Shown: in pieces, positions 14,301 through 24,909 of the stretch | Layout: the number at the start of each line of letters is the position of its first letter | How positions within the stretch are numbered: the first letter of the stretch is position 1 | Assembly (NCBI RefSeq): GCF_018389705.1 | Contig: NZ_CP065581.1 | Span: forward strand, 420,001-452,000 | DNA length: 32,000 nucleotides | Direction of reading: 5' to 3' | Source of the DNA: Mycoplasma mycoides subsp. capri | GTDB taxonomy: Bacteria > Bacillota_I > Bacilli_A > Mycoplasmatales > Mycoplasmataceae | Made by a program: the position numbers and the translations under genes | The notes under the pieces: model-generated | What the model was told of the DNA's origin: nothing | What the model saw: only the letters and a program-made list of their open reading frames with translations | Database searches by the model: none

Positions 14301-15781
14301 TTAATAATGATATAAATAAAGCCTGAATGCATTTACAAAAAGATAATGATTTATTATCATTTAATCCTGATGATCAAAAATATTGAACTATTGCAAATAA
14401 TCCTTTATTAGAAAAAATTATTAACAAAAATTTAAAAAATAAACCTAATAAAGATAAAAAAGAACTTTTTGATACAACTTCTAATTTTTCAATAGACTCA
14501 TTATTAAATTCAACTAATTTATCAAATGCTAGTCAAAGTATTTTATTAGCTTCAATGATTATGCAAGATTTAAATAATAAATTAGAAAATAATCCAATTG
14601 TTAGTTTTAATCAAATGTTTTATGATTCTTCAACTGATTTATTATCAGCAGTGATTAGAGTTTCAAATAGTGATATTTTAAACCCTGGATCATATGCTTT
14701 AAATTTATATAGATTAAAAGATCATAATTTTGGTGATGTTAATCAGTTTTTAAATTTTAAAGGTGTAAGTATTAAAGGTTTTCAAGATTTATCAAAATTA
14801 CCAGAAAAACATAATAATTTACCAACTTTTAATGTAATTGTTCCATATTATTATGTAAAATCTAAAAACCTAGATATTAATAGTAAGATTGTTGTTGAAA
14901 CTAGAACTACTTTTGTTAAAAAATTTGTTTTAAATGTTGTTGGTATTAATAAATCTGAAACTTTATCAATTTCAAAAACTCCTGATATTTTTTTAGATTA
15001 TGATTTATTTGCTAATGAAATGTTTTCTGAAGATTTATATAAAAATAATAATCCTTTAATTTTTAATCAATTGTGAAGTAAAAATAAAATTTTAGAAGGA
15101 ACAATTAATTTTACTAAATTAGATGATTCATTTAAAACAATTAAATATTATGGAAATAATTTAGCAATTGATATAAGAAAAGATGCACCAATCTTTTTAT
15201 CAATGTATTCAAATATTTTTACTGAATTTAATAATTTTATTTCTAAATACCAAGAACTAGATCAACAAAACGATATTTATAATACACCAAATCCAGCAAT
15301 CACTACTTTAAGTCGTTTAAATTCTAAATTATTTAACTTTAATCTAGTAAAACAAACTATTAGTAAAATTACAACTATTACAAATCAAGTGATGTCGTTA
15401 TTTATTTTATTAGTAAGTTTATTATTAACAATTATTTTAGTAGTTGTTATGAATATAGTTGTTGATGAATCTAAAAAAACAATTCTAACATTAAGAGCTA
15501 TTGGGTATGAAAATAGTGAAGTTAATTGAATTGTTATGGGTAGTTATATAATTGGAGCTATTATTTCATTTATTATTGCTTATTTATTATCTAATTTAAT
15601 TTGATGATCATTTTTATATTATGTAAGTTATAAATGACATATTTATATATTCTTAGCGTTTGATTTTAAAACTTTATTTGTAACATTTAGTGTAATTGCT
15701 TTTGTTTTATTTATTGGTTGATTATTTTCACATAAACAAGTTAAAAAAACTGCACTAACTCAAGTTACTCAAGCTGAATAG
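11333..15781 (+). CDS. Very large ABC-type permease (about 1482 aa) with two tandem MacB/FtsX-type modules, each with a very large extracytoplasmic domain
   Basis: ATG at 11333 follows a strong SD (AAAGGAG). Track fragments 11333-12469, 13391-13651, 14555-15076 and 15203-15529 share one frame. I read the stretches between them and found only TGA interruptions, including a TGA-TGA pair at 15602-15607. Stop TAG at 15779-15781. The pattern 'TM, roughly 500-600 aa hydrophilic region, three clustered TM helices' occurs twice. Both copies carry FtsX-like loops: LKKEMNETRRQIGIFKSFGYK and VDESKKTILTLRAIGYEN. Confidence 0.8.
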
Positions 15782-15789
15782 GATAATTT

Positions 15790-16398
15790 ATGACAGATTT
15801 TATATTAATTAGAAATAATTTTTTTAAAAATAATGTTTCAAAAATTCAAAAGACTAAATATTTAAATATGAATATTAATTGAAGTTTTTCTGATTTTGAA
15901 GATATTTTAAATAAACCTAATTTCATTACATATTTACAAAATTCATCTAAATTAAACTTTTCTTATTTAATGATTGATGCTATTGAAAATAAAATTGATC
16001 AAATTAGAAATTTATTTAAAAAAACAAATACTGCTTGTATTGATTATTTATCAAAAACAAATAACACTAATTTTATTGAGATTAATTATAAAAAGTTTTT
16101 ATTAACTAGTTATACATTATTAAGAGATTTTATTAATCAAATTTTTATTAATTGAATTTTTAATGATGCTTTAAATAATCATTGAATTGAATTTAATAAA
16201 GCTTATGATAATAATTTAATGTTTAACTATCAATTTGAAAGATTAGAATTAGACTTTCAAAAAAACTTATTTAACATAATTAAAGCTATTAATAAAAAAA
16301 TAAATGATCCAGTTATTAGAATTTTAATTTCAGCTTATATTGAAGATATTAATAATAAACAGACTTATTTAAATCAAATTCATAAGAATTTAAAATAA
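15790..16398 (+). CDS. Hypothetical protein (202 aa), no recognisable family
   Basis: ATG at 15790, 8 nt after the permease stop. Same frame as track ORF 15970-16155, joined through four TGA codons. Stop TAA at 16396-16398. No TM segment or catalytic motif recognised. Confidence 0.6.
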
Positions 16399-16427
16399 AA
16401 TATAAAAGTATTTAGAAAGAAAAAAAT

Positions 16428-17480
16428 ATGATAGAACAATTAAATGAAATTTTAAATAATTTTAAAGTAAAACTAGAATTAGTTAAAGATTTAAATAGTT
16501 GAGAAGAATTAAAAAAAGAATTCATTGGAAAAGATTCTAGTTTAACTACAATTTTAAAATCAATTAAAACTATTAGTAGTGATAAAAAACAAGAAATTGG
16601 AAAATTAGCAAATCAAATTAGAGTTGAAATTATAAATCAATTAGATGAAAAACAAGAACAATTAAAAAATAAAGAATTATTAGTAAAATTAGAAAAAGAA
16701 AAAATTGATGTTACTTTAACAAATTCAAGTTTAAAATTTGGTTCAAAACATGTTTTAAATATAGTTATTGAAGAAATTAGTGATATTTTTACTGAAATTG
16801 GTTTTGAAATGGTCAGTGGAACTGAAATTGAATCTGATTTATATAATTTTCAAAAATTAAACCTACCAGTAGATCATCCTGCAAGAGATATGCAAGATAC
16901 TTTTTATTTAGATAATAATTTAGTTTTAAGAACACATTGTACTAATATGACTTCAAGAATGTTAACTAAATTAGCTAGTTTAAAAACTGAAGATAATAAT
17001 TTAGCTGTAATTAGTTATGGAAATGTTTATAGAAGAGATGATGATGATGCTACTCATTCTCATCAATTTATGCAAATAGATGGGTTTGTTGTTGGAAATA
17101 AAATTAGTTTTGCTAATTTAAAATGAATTTTAAAATATATGTGTCAAAGATTATTTAATAAAGATATTAATATTAGATTACGTCCAAGTTATTTTCCTTT
17201 TACTGAGCCAAGTGTTGAAGTTGATGTAAGTTGTTTTAAATGTGATTCTAAAGGATGTTTTATTTGTAAAAAAACTGGTTGAATTGAAATATTAGGTGCT
17301 GGAATGATTAATGAACACGTTTTAAAATTAAATGGATTAGATCCAACTAAATGTTCAGGATTAGCTTTTGGAATTGGTATTGAAAGAATTGCTATGTTAA
17401 AGTTTAATATTTCAAATATTAGAAACTTTTATGAAAATAATGTTAAATTTTTAGAGCAATTTAAATTTTATTCAGAATAG
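16428..17480 (+). CDS. pheS: Phenylalanine--tRNA ligase alpha subunit (350 aa)
   Basis: ATG at 16428. It contains [15 protein letters not shown] and the class II motif-3 region [16 protein letters not shown]. Same frame as track ORF 16809-17126. Stop TAG at 17478-17480. Confidence 0.95.
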
Positions 17481-17488
17481 GAGTTTAT

Positions 17489-19873
17489 ATGATTATTACA
17501 AGAAATTGATTAAAAAAATATCTTAATTTAGATAATATTTCAAATGATCAAATTAATATGGCTTTAAATTCTTTAGGATTTGAAGTTGATAGTGTTTATG
17601 ATTTAAACTCACTAAATTCTGAACTAGTTTTAGGGTATGTAGAACAATCAAAACAAATTCCAAACACTCATTTAAAATTAAACAAAGTTAATATAGGAAC
17701 TAAAAGTTTACAAATTGTTTGTGGAGCTAGTAATGTTGATGCTAATCAATTTGTAATAATTGCTCCAATTAATGCAACTATTGCAAATGGTTTAACTCTA
17801 ACTAGTAAAAAAATTCAAAATTATGAATCACAAGGAATGATTTGTGCTTTAAATGAAATTGGAATTGATCTATCAGTTATTAATAAAGAAGACCAGTTAA
17901 AAATTTATAATGTTTTTGATCATAATTTAGATTTAAAAAAATATATTGGTAGTGATGTTAAACAAATTATTGGTTTAGATGATTATTTATTTGAAATTGA
18001 TTTAACTTTAAATAGAAGTGATTGTTTAGCTAGTTTTCAAATTTTAAAAGAACTTGCAAATTACTTTGATTTAGAAATTAAAAACTTAGACAATAATTTT
18101 TCTGATTTTAAAAAAAATAATTTAGATTTAAGAATTGATTTAGCTAATCAAGTTAAAGATCAAATTAAAACAATTAGTTATTCTTATTTTGAATTAAATA
18201 ATAAAAATGACAAATTAGACTCAAAAGACGAAATCTTTTTAAAATTAAACCAAATAAATTCTTCTAATCATTTAATTACAAATTTAAGTTTAATTTCAAC
18301 TTTATCAACAGCTCAAACTCACATTTTAATTGATTTAGATAAATTAAAGAGTTCTAATTTAAAATTAGAATTTATAAATCATGATAATAAAGAACTTTTA
18401 TGTTTAACTAATAATAATAAATTAGTAAATATTATTGGATTAGAAACACAAAACGAATTTAATGTTGATAATGACTCAAAAAATGTTTTAAACATTATGT
18501 TAAATATTGAACCTAACTTAATGAGAAAACAACAAAAACTTTTAAACATTTCAAATACTTATTTACAAAGATATATAAAACCAATTAACCCTAATTTATT
18601 TAATTTAGCAAATCAAACTTTTTCTAATTTATTAAATGATTATCAATTAATAAATAAAGCTTATGAAGTTAAAATACTAAAACAAACTTTTAAAAACAAA
18701 CAAAGTTTAGAAATTAGATTAAATGAAATTAATGACTTATTAGGAACTAATTTAACTATTAAACAAATTAAAAGCTTATTTAAACATTTAGATTTTAAAA
18801 TCACTAATAAAGATGATCTTTTAGATTTTCAAATAGATCAAAACAGAATTGATATAACTAGTAAAAATGATTTATGTGAAGAAGTTGCTAGATTATATTC
18901 ATATGATAAAATTGATGAAATTCCACTAAGCTTTACTAGTTTTAAAAAAGCTAAAAACTTAAATTTAAAACTAGAAAATAAATTAACTAATTATTTAATA
19001 GGATTAGGATTTAATAATACTAAAACTTATTCACTAACTAGTTTAAATGAAGCTAAATATTGAAATTTATTTAATATATCTGAATTTATTAATTTAGTAT
19101 CACCATTATCAAATTTAAGACAAACTTATAGAACTAATTTAAGTAAATCATTAATTGATGTAGCTATTTTTAATCATTCAATTAATAATAAAGAATTAAA
19201 ATTATTTGAAATAGCTGATATTTATGATTTAAATAATTTAAAACAAAGACATTTAGTATTTTTAACAAGCAATCATATTTATAAAAACAGTTTAAATCAA
19301 CAATTAATTGAAAATAATTTTTACTACAATAAAGAAATTTTAGAAAATATCTTTAATTTATATAATTTAGATTTATCTCAAATTCAATATCAAAATGATT
19401 TAAATCTTATTAAAGAAATTCATCCATATATTAATACAACTATTTATTATCAAAATCAATTAATTGGATATTTATATAAATTAAATCCTAAATTTGAATC
19501 AGAAAATAAATTAAATCCTACATTTGTATGTGAAATTAATTTAGATATTTTAAATCAATTTAAAAATGGTTTTATAGAAGCAAAAAATTTAAGTAAATTT
19601 CAAAGTTCTTCAAGAGATTTAACTATAGAAATTTCAAATGATTTAACTTATCAAAAAGTTTTATTTAATGCTTTAAGTGATGTTAAATATTTAAAAAGTC
19701 ATAAAATTGTTGATTTATATTTAGATGATAATCTAATTAAAAATAATACTAAAGCTTTAACTATTCAATTTGTTTTTAATGATCTAGAACATCAATTAAC
19801 TGAAAATGAAATCAATCAAGAATTTGAAAAAATAATAAAAAATATCAAACAAATGAAAGTAGTGATTAGATAA
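17489..19873 (+). CDS. pheT: Phenylalanine--tRNA ligase beta subunit (794 aa)
   Basis: ATG at 17489 preceded by GGAG. Starts MIITRNW(TGA)LKKYLNL. An N-terminal tRNA-binding-type domain (LQIVCGASNV) is present. Same frame as track ORF 17558-19063. Stop TAA at 19871-19873. Confidence 0.93.
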
Positions 19874-20391
19874 TGAAATTAATATTTAATCAAACTGATT
19901 TTAAGTTAAAAAAACATTATGAACTACAAGGACAACTAACTGATTTAGATCAAATTAAATCAAATAATATTTTAATAAAATCTTTTGATTTTATTAGTTA
20001 TGATTTAGATCTTGATTATAATGAAACATTAAAAAAGATTACTGTTAATGGAGTAATTAATTATACAATTACTGGTATTGATTCAAGAATTGGAAATGAG
20101 ATCAAATATAGTAATTATATTGATTGAAATGATGAGTATAGTTTTACAAATAGTAGTGATTTTAATACTAATATTATTATTAATGAAGAATTTAACTTAA
20201 AAGATTATATAATTGAACAAATAAATCTGAATATTCCTTTTAATTTATCTTTAAATAATGATATACTTAATAAGTATGGTCTTGGATGAAGTCTAGAAAG
20301 TGAAGAAGAATTTCAAAAATCTCAAGCTGATAAAATTGATCCAAGATGAGAACAACTTGATAATATTAAAATCGATGATAACAACAAATAA
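19873..20391 (+). CDS. YceD/DUF177-family protein (172 aa)
   Basis: The ATG overlaps the pheT stop by 1 nt. The C-terminal DPRW(TGA)EQL motif is typical of DUF177. It sits in the conserved position immediately upstream of rpmF. Confidence 0.75.
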
Positions 20392-20405
20392 GGAGGTGTA
20401 TTAAC

Positions 20406-20585
20406 ATGGCAGTACCATTTAGAAAAACTAGTAAATCTGCAAAAAATAAAAGAAGAAGTCATTTAGCACTTTCAACTGCTAGTTTAGTGTCATGTACTAA
20501 TTGTGGGGCTATGATTAAACCTCATCATGTATGTAAAGAATGCGGATTTTACAAAAACAAAGAAGTTAAAGTAGTAGAAGCATAA
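20406..20585 (+). CDS. rpmF: 50S ribosomal protein L32 (59 aa)
   Basis: Strong SD (AAGGAGG). Reads MAVPFRKTSKSAKNKRRSHLAL...CTNCGAMIKPHHVCKECGFY, with the CxxC...CxxC zinc ribbon. Confidence 0.95.
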   Translation: MAVPFRKTSKSAKNKRRSHLALSTASLVSCTNCGAMIKPHHVCKECGFYKNKEVKVVEA

Positions 20586-20604
20586 TAACAATTATTAATT
20601 AATT

Positions 20605-20632
20605 TGGTTGTATTTAATACAACCTTTTTTTA
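20605..20632 (+). terminator. Rho-independent terminator after rpmF
   Basis: ggttgta (20605-20611) pairs with tacaacc (20618-20624), followed by a T7 run. Confidence 0.8.
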
Positions 20633-20642
20633 TTTGTGTTTT

Positions 20643-20680
20643 AAAGTGGTATATTAATTATAAATAGTGGAGCAAAGTGG
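20643..20680 (+). promoter_or_regulatory. Putative MraZ operator: three direct (A/T)AGTGG repeats overlapping the dcw promoter region
   Basis: AAAGTGG (20643-20649), ATAGTGG (20664-20670) and AAAGTGG (20674-20680). The GTGG cores are 21 and 10 nt apart, so they lie on the same helical face. A TATAAAT -10-like element (20659-20665) lies between them. Confidence 0.5.
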
Positions 20681-20691
20681 GTGATAAATAA

Positions 20692-21093
20692 ATGTTATTT
20701 GGTACATATGAACATTGTATGGATGCAAAACAACGTTTAACTTTACCAGCAAAACTAAGAAACAAACTTTCAAATCCAATTTATTTAACAAAAGGATATG
20801 ATGCTGATTTAGAAATTTGATCAAAAGATGATTTTTTATTACAAATAAAAGAAATTTTAAATCAGCAAAATGATCAAAAAGACATTAGAAATATAGAAAG
20901 AATTATCTGATCAAATACTGTTGAAATTGATATTGATAATTTAGGAAGAATTAAAATTCCTTATAATCTAATCCAAAATCTAAATATTGAAAAAGATGTT
21001 TTTATTTTAGGATTAGGAAATCGGTTAGAAATTTGAAGTAAAAATAAATACAATCAACACAAAAATCAATTTATTAAAAATATAAATAGTTAG
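20692..21093 (+). CDS. mraZ: Transcriptional regulator MraZ (133 aa)
   Basis: Starts MLFGTYEHCMDAKQRLTLPAKLRNKL. It has two DxxxR motifs (DAKQR and DNLGR). Three in-frame TGA codons explain why the track misses it. Stop TAG at 21091-21093. Confidence 0.93.
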
Positions 21094-21101
21094 GAAATTA
21101 T

Positions 21102-22028
21102 ATGGATAAACATATACCAGTTTTATTAAAAGAAAGTATTGAATATTTAAATATTAAACCTGATGGTATTTATGTTGATTGCACATTAGGTAGAGCTGGT
21201 CATTCTAGTGAAATTTTAAAAAAACTTAATCAAAAAGGTTTTTTGTATGCCATTGATCAAGATCAAATAGCAATTGACCAAGCTAAAGAAAAACTAGAAC
21301 AAATTAATAATAATTTTTTATTAATTCAAGGTAATTTTTCTAACTTATCAGCTTTATTAGCAATTAATCATGTTTTTAATGTTGATGGAATCTTATATGA
21401 TTTAGGAGTTTCTTCACCTCAAATTGATATTGCATCTAGAGGGTTTAGTTATAAAATGGATGGTCCATTAGATATGAGAATGGATTTAAATTCTACATTA
21501 ACTGCTCATCAAGTTATAAACACTTATTCAGAATCACAAATTTCTGAAATTTTATTTAAATATGGAGAAGAATCTTTTTCAAAAAGTATTTCAAAAAAAA
21601 TTGTTGAATCAAGACCAATTAATTCAACTTTAGAATTAGTTGAAGTAATTAAATCAGCTTTACCTCAAAAAGTATTAAAACAAAAAAAACATCCAGCTAA
21701 AAAAACTTTTCAAGCTTTAAGAATTTATATAAATAATGAACTAATTGCTTTAGAAAATTCATTAAAACAAGCTTTAGATTTATTAAATAGTAAAGCAAGA
21801 ATTTGTGTAATAACTTTTCACTCTTTAGAAGAAAAGATTGTTAAAAATATTTTTAATAATAGTACAAATTATTATCAAGAACAATTATTAAGTAATCTTC
21901 CAATTAAAGCTGATTTAAATTCTAAATTTAAATTAGTAATTAAAAAACCAATTAAACCTAGTTTATTAGAATTAGAACAAAACCACCGGTCTCATAGTGC
22001 AAAGCTTTGAGTAATTGAAAAAAACTAG
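21102..22028 (+). CDS. rsmH: 16S rRNA (cytosine1402-N4)-methyltransferase RsmH/MraW (308 aa)
   Basis: HIPVLLKESIEYL...GIYVDCTLGRAGHS...YDLGVSSPQID...TFHSLEEKIVK...NHRSHSAKLW(TGA)VIEKN. Stop TAG at 22026-22028. Confidence 0.95.
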
Positions 22029-22036
22029 AGGTTAGT

Positions 22037-23197
22037 ATGGATAAACAAATTTTTACAATTATTGAATTTAATAAAAATATTATTAATTTTCAAGTTATTA
22101 AATATTTTAATAATCAAGAAATGATCTTATATAAAAATAGTTATATTTCAGAAGAAAGTGAAATTTTAGATAAAGATCAAATTAAAGATAGTTTGAATGT
22201 TTATAAATTTTTAACAAATTGTTTTACTGATTTTGAAAAAAACTCTAGTTTTTCAAAAATTAAACAAGTAGGTTTAATGCTTTCAAATTCATTAAATATT
22301 ACAAAAAAAGTAACAAATTATGACTTAAAATCAAAAGATAAAAAAACTAGTTCAACTACAAATTTAGAATATATTGTTAAAAAAATTAATAAATTACAAC
22401 TTTATGATGATACTGATTTAAAAATTATAGATACTAATTTAATTGAACTACAAGTAAATAACAAAATGATCGATTATCAAAATTTAAAAAAATATTATAT
22501 TGATAATACTCAAAATAACAAACTAGTAATGACTTTTTTAGAATTGTCAATTACTAATGAACTTTATTTTGCACTAGAAAAACTTTTTTGAAAATTTTAT
22601 AAACAAATTTTATTTATAAAACCAAGAATTGTTTGTTTAAACCAATTAATAAAAGATCAATGTCAAGATCATAAATTAGTAGTTGATTGAAATTGAGATG
22701 AAATTGAAGTTGGTGTATTTAATAATAATGTTTTATTAAAAATATTCAAATTTTCATTTGGGATAAATAAGATCATTAAAAATCTTAGTCAATCATTAAA
22801 TATTAGTTTTGAAATGAGTAAAGATTATTTATTTAATAATTTAGATTTTAGTTCTTATAATATTGATAATTTAAATGTTTTAAGTTTGTGAAATAATTCA
22901 GAAAATAAATTAGATATAACTAATGGAAAGCAAATAAAACAACTAATTAAATCTATTATTAGTGAAATTTATACAACTATTAATCAAAGCATTTTAAAAG
23001 AACAAAATATTAATAATTATCAAATTTATAATTTTGGTTTAATTAGTAAAATTGTTGGAATTGATATGATCTTTAATGAATTCAAAAACAATCATTTTAT
23101 TAGTAATAATTTTATTGGTGATATTGATTTTGAACAAGATTCTACTGCTTTTATTGGAGCTAGTTTATTTTTTAAAAACCCTGAATTTTCTAGTTAA
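22037..23197 (+). CDS. ftsA: Highly divergent FtsA-like (actin-fold) cell-division protein (386 aa)
   Basis: It lies between rsmH and ftsZ and has an FtsA-like length. Weak FtsA-like blocks are KLVVDW-NW-DEIEVGVFNNNVLL (phosphate-2 position), FGINKIIKNLSQSLNISFEMSKDYL, and IYNFGLISKIVGIDMIF...DSTAFIGASLFF (adenosine/C-terminal region). The call rests largely on context. Confidence 0.6.
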
Positions 23198-23230
23198 AAT
23201 CAAAAATTTAGCAATTTTTTTAAAGCTTTT

Positions 23231-23260
23231 TTGATAAATTCTAAAAAGCACTACTAAGAT
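23231..23260 (+). promoter_or_regulatory. Candidate internal promoter upstream of ftsZ
   Basis: TTGATA (23231-23236), an 18-nt spacer, then TAAGAT (23255-23260), inside the 114-nt ftsA-ftsZ gap. Weak evidence. Confidence 0.25.
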
Positions 23261-23311
23261 AAAAAAACTTTTTAAAAATCAATATATTATTATTATTAGA
23301 AAGGGCTAAAT

Positions 23312-24469
23312 ATGACAAACGAATTTAAACAAATAGCAAGAATTAAAGTACTTGGTGTTGGTGGGGCTGGAAATAATGCCATTAGAAGAATGTTTGAAGA
23401 AAATGTTCAAGGTGTTGAATTTTATATCATAAATACCGATGCACAAATATTAGAATCATCACCAGTACCAAACAAAATTATTTTAGGAGAAAAAACTACT
23501 AAAGGATTAGGAGCTGGAGGAAATCCTGAAGTAGGAAAAGCAGCAGCTATTGAAAGTGAAGAAGAATTAAGAAAAGTAGTTGAAGGTGCTGATTTAATCT
23601 TTATTGCTGCTGGAATGGGAGGAGGTACTGGAACTGGTGCTGCTCCTGTAATCGCTAAAATTGCTCAAGAATCTGGAGCTTTAGTAATTGGGATTGTAAC
23701 TAAACCATTCATTTTTGAAGGAAGACATAGAAATGTTAATGCAAAAGAAGGTTTAGAAGAATTAAGAAAACATGTTGATTCAGTAATTGTTGTTTCAAAT
23801 GACAAATTATTAGAATATATTGGATCTATTCCAATTGCTGAATCATTTAAAGAAGCTGATACTATTTTAAAACAAGGTGTTCAAACTATTACTGATTTAA
23901 TCGCAGTACCTGCAACTATTAACTTAGATTTTGCAGATGTTAAATCAGTTATGTCAAAAAAAGGAAATGCTTTATTTGGAATAGGAGTTGCTTCTGGAAA
24001 AGATAAAGCTGTTGAAGCTGCAAAAGAAGCAATTAATTCTAAATTATTAGAAGCTTCAATTGAAGGAGCTAAAGATATTATTGTAAATATTACTGGTGGA
24101 AGAACAGTAAGTTTAAATGATGCTTATGATGCAGTTGGAGTTATTAGTCAAGCTGTAAATAATAAAGAATTAAATATTGTTTTTGGTATGGCTATTAATG
24201 ATGATTTAACAGATGATGATGAAATCATTGTAACTGTTATTGCCACTGGTTTTGAAAATAAAAACTTACAAAACCAAGAACCAAATATTATAAAAACACC
24301 AAGAGTTGAACCTGTAGTTCAACAAACTCAACCAAGTAAACCTGTTCAACAAGAACAAGAAGAAGAACAAGAAGAAGTAGACGAATTTGATGATGAAATG
24401 AGTCTAACTACAACAGATGACACTGAAGAAGATTTTAATGATGATGACTTTCCGACATTTTTAAAATAG
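23312..24469 (+). CDS. ftsZ: Cell division protein FtsZ (385 aa)
   Basis: Uninterrupted ORF. Reads [17 protein letters not shown]...[17 protein letters not shown] (tubulin signature). An acidic E/Q/D-rich linker leads to the C-terminal peptide DDDFPTFLK. Confidence 0.97.
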   Translation: MTNEFKQIARIKVLGVGGAGNNAIRRMFEENVQGVEFYIINTDAQILESSPVPNKIILGEKTTKGLGAGGNPEVGKAAAIESEEELRKVVEGADLIFIAAGMGGGTGTGAAPVIAKIAQESGALVIGIVTKPFIFEGRHRNVNAKEGLEELRKHVDSVIVVSNDKLLEYIGSIPIAESFKEADTILKQGVQTITDLIAVPATINLDFADVKSVMSKKGNALFGIGVASGKDKAVEAAKEAINSKLLEASIEGAKDIIVNITGGRTVSLNDAYDAVGVISQAVNNKELNIVFGMAINDDLTDDDEIIVTVIATGFENKNLQNQEPNIIKTPRVEPVVQQTQPSKPVQQEQEEEQEEVDEFDDEMSLTTTDDTEEDFNDDDFPTFLK

Positions 24470-24480
24470 GAGATAAGAAG

Positions 24481-24897
24481 ATGTTTTTTAAAAAGAAAAA
24501 GAATTTTTTTAAACAAAACGAACACGATCAAGATCAAATTGAACTAGAATTAACTGATTCTGATATTTTTGAACAAGAAAGTCCTGTTTTAAAAGATAGT
24601 TATACTCAGACATCTAATCAATTTAATCAAAATCATCAAACAAATACTTCGAATATGAACCAAACTGATATGAATAAAAGTCCTATTAACACTTATGTAT
24701 TTAGTCCTATGAAATTTTCTGAAGTTCAATCAATTGTAGATACTTTATTAGATCAAAAAGTTGTTGTTGTAGATTTTAAAAACTTAGATGATAATAAAGC
24801 TAAACGTTTTAAAGATTTTCTTTCTGGAGTTTTATATATTAAAAAAGGTGAATACATCAGACTTAATGAAAATATTTATAAATTTATAATTAATTAA
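24481..24897 (+). CDS. sepF: Cell division protein SepF (138 aa)
   Basis: SD AGGAGA. The N-terminal basic/aromatic segment MFFKKKKNFFKQ is a candidate amphipathic membrane helix. The C-terminal DUF552-like core reads FSEVQSIVDTLLDQKVVVVDFKNLDDNKAKRFKDFLSGVLYIKKGEY. It lies immediately downstream of ftsZ. Confidence 0.85.
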   Translation: MFFKKKKNFFKQNEHDQDQIELELTDSDIFEQESPVLKDSYTQTSNQFNQNHQTNTSNMNQTDMNKSPINTYVFSPMKFSEVQSIVDTLLDQKVVVVDFKNLDDNKAKRFKDFLSGVLYIKKGEYIRLNENIYKFIIN

Positions 24898-24909
24898 TAA
24901 TTTATAAAG

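Noticed and set aside
16399-16427. An expected T-box or leader upstream of pheS
   Set aside because: The gap is only 29 nt, which cannot hold a T-box. The absence is recorded under the T-box finding.
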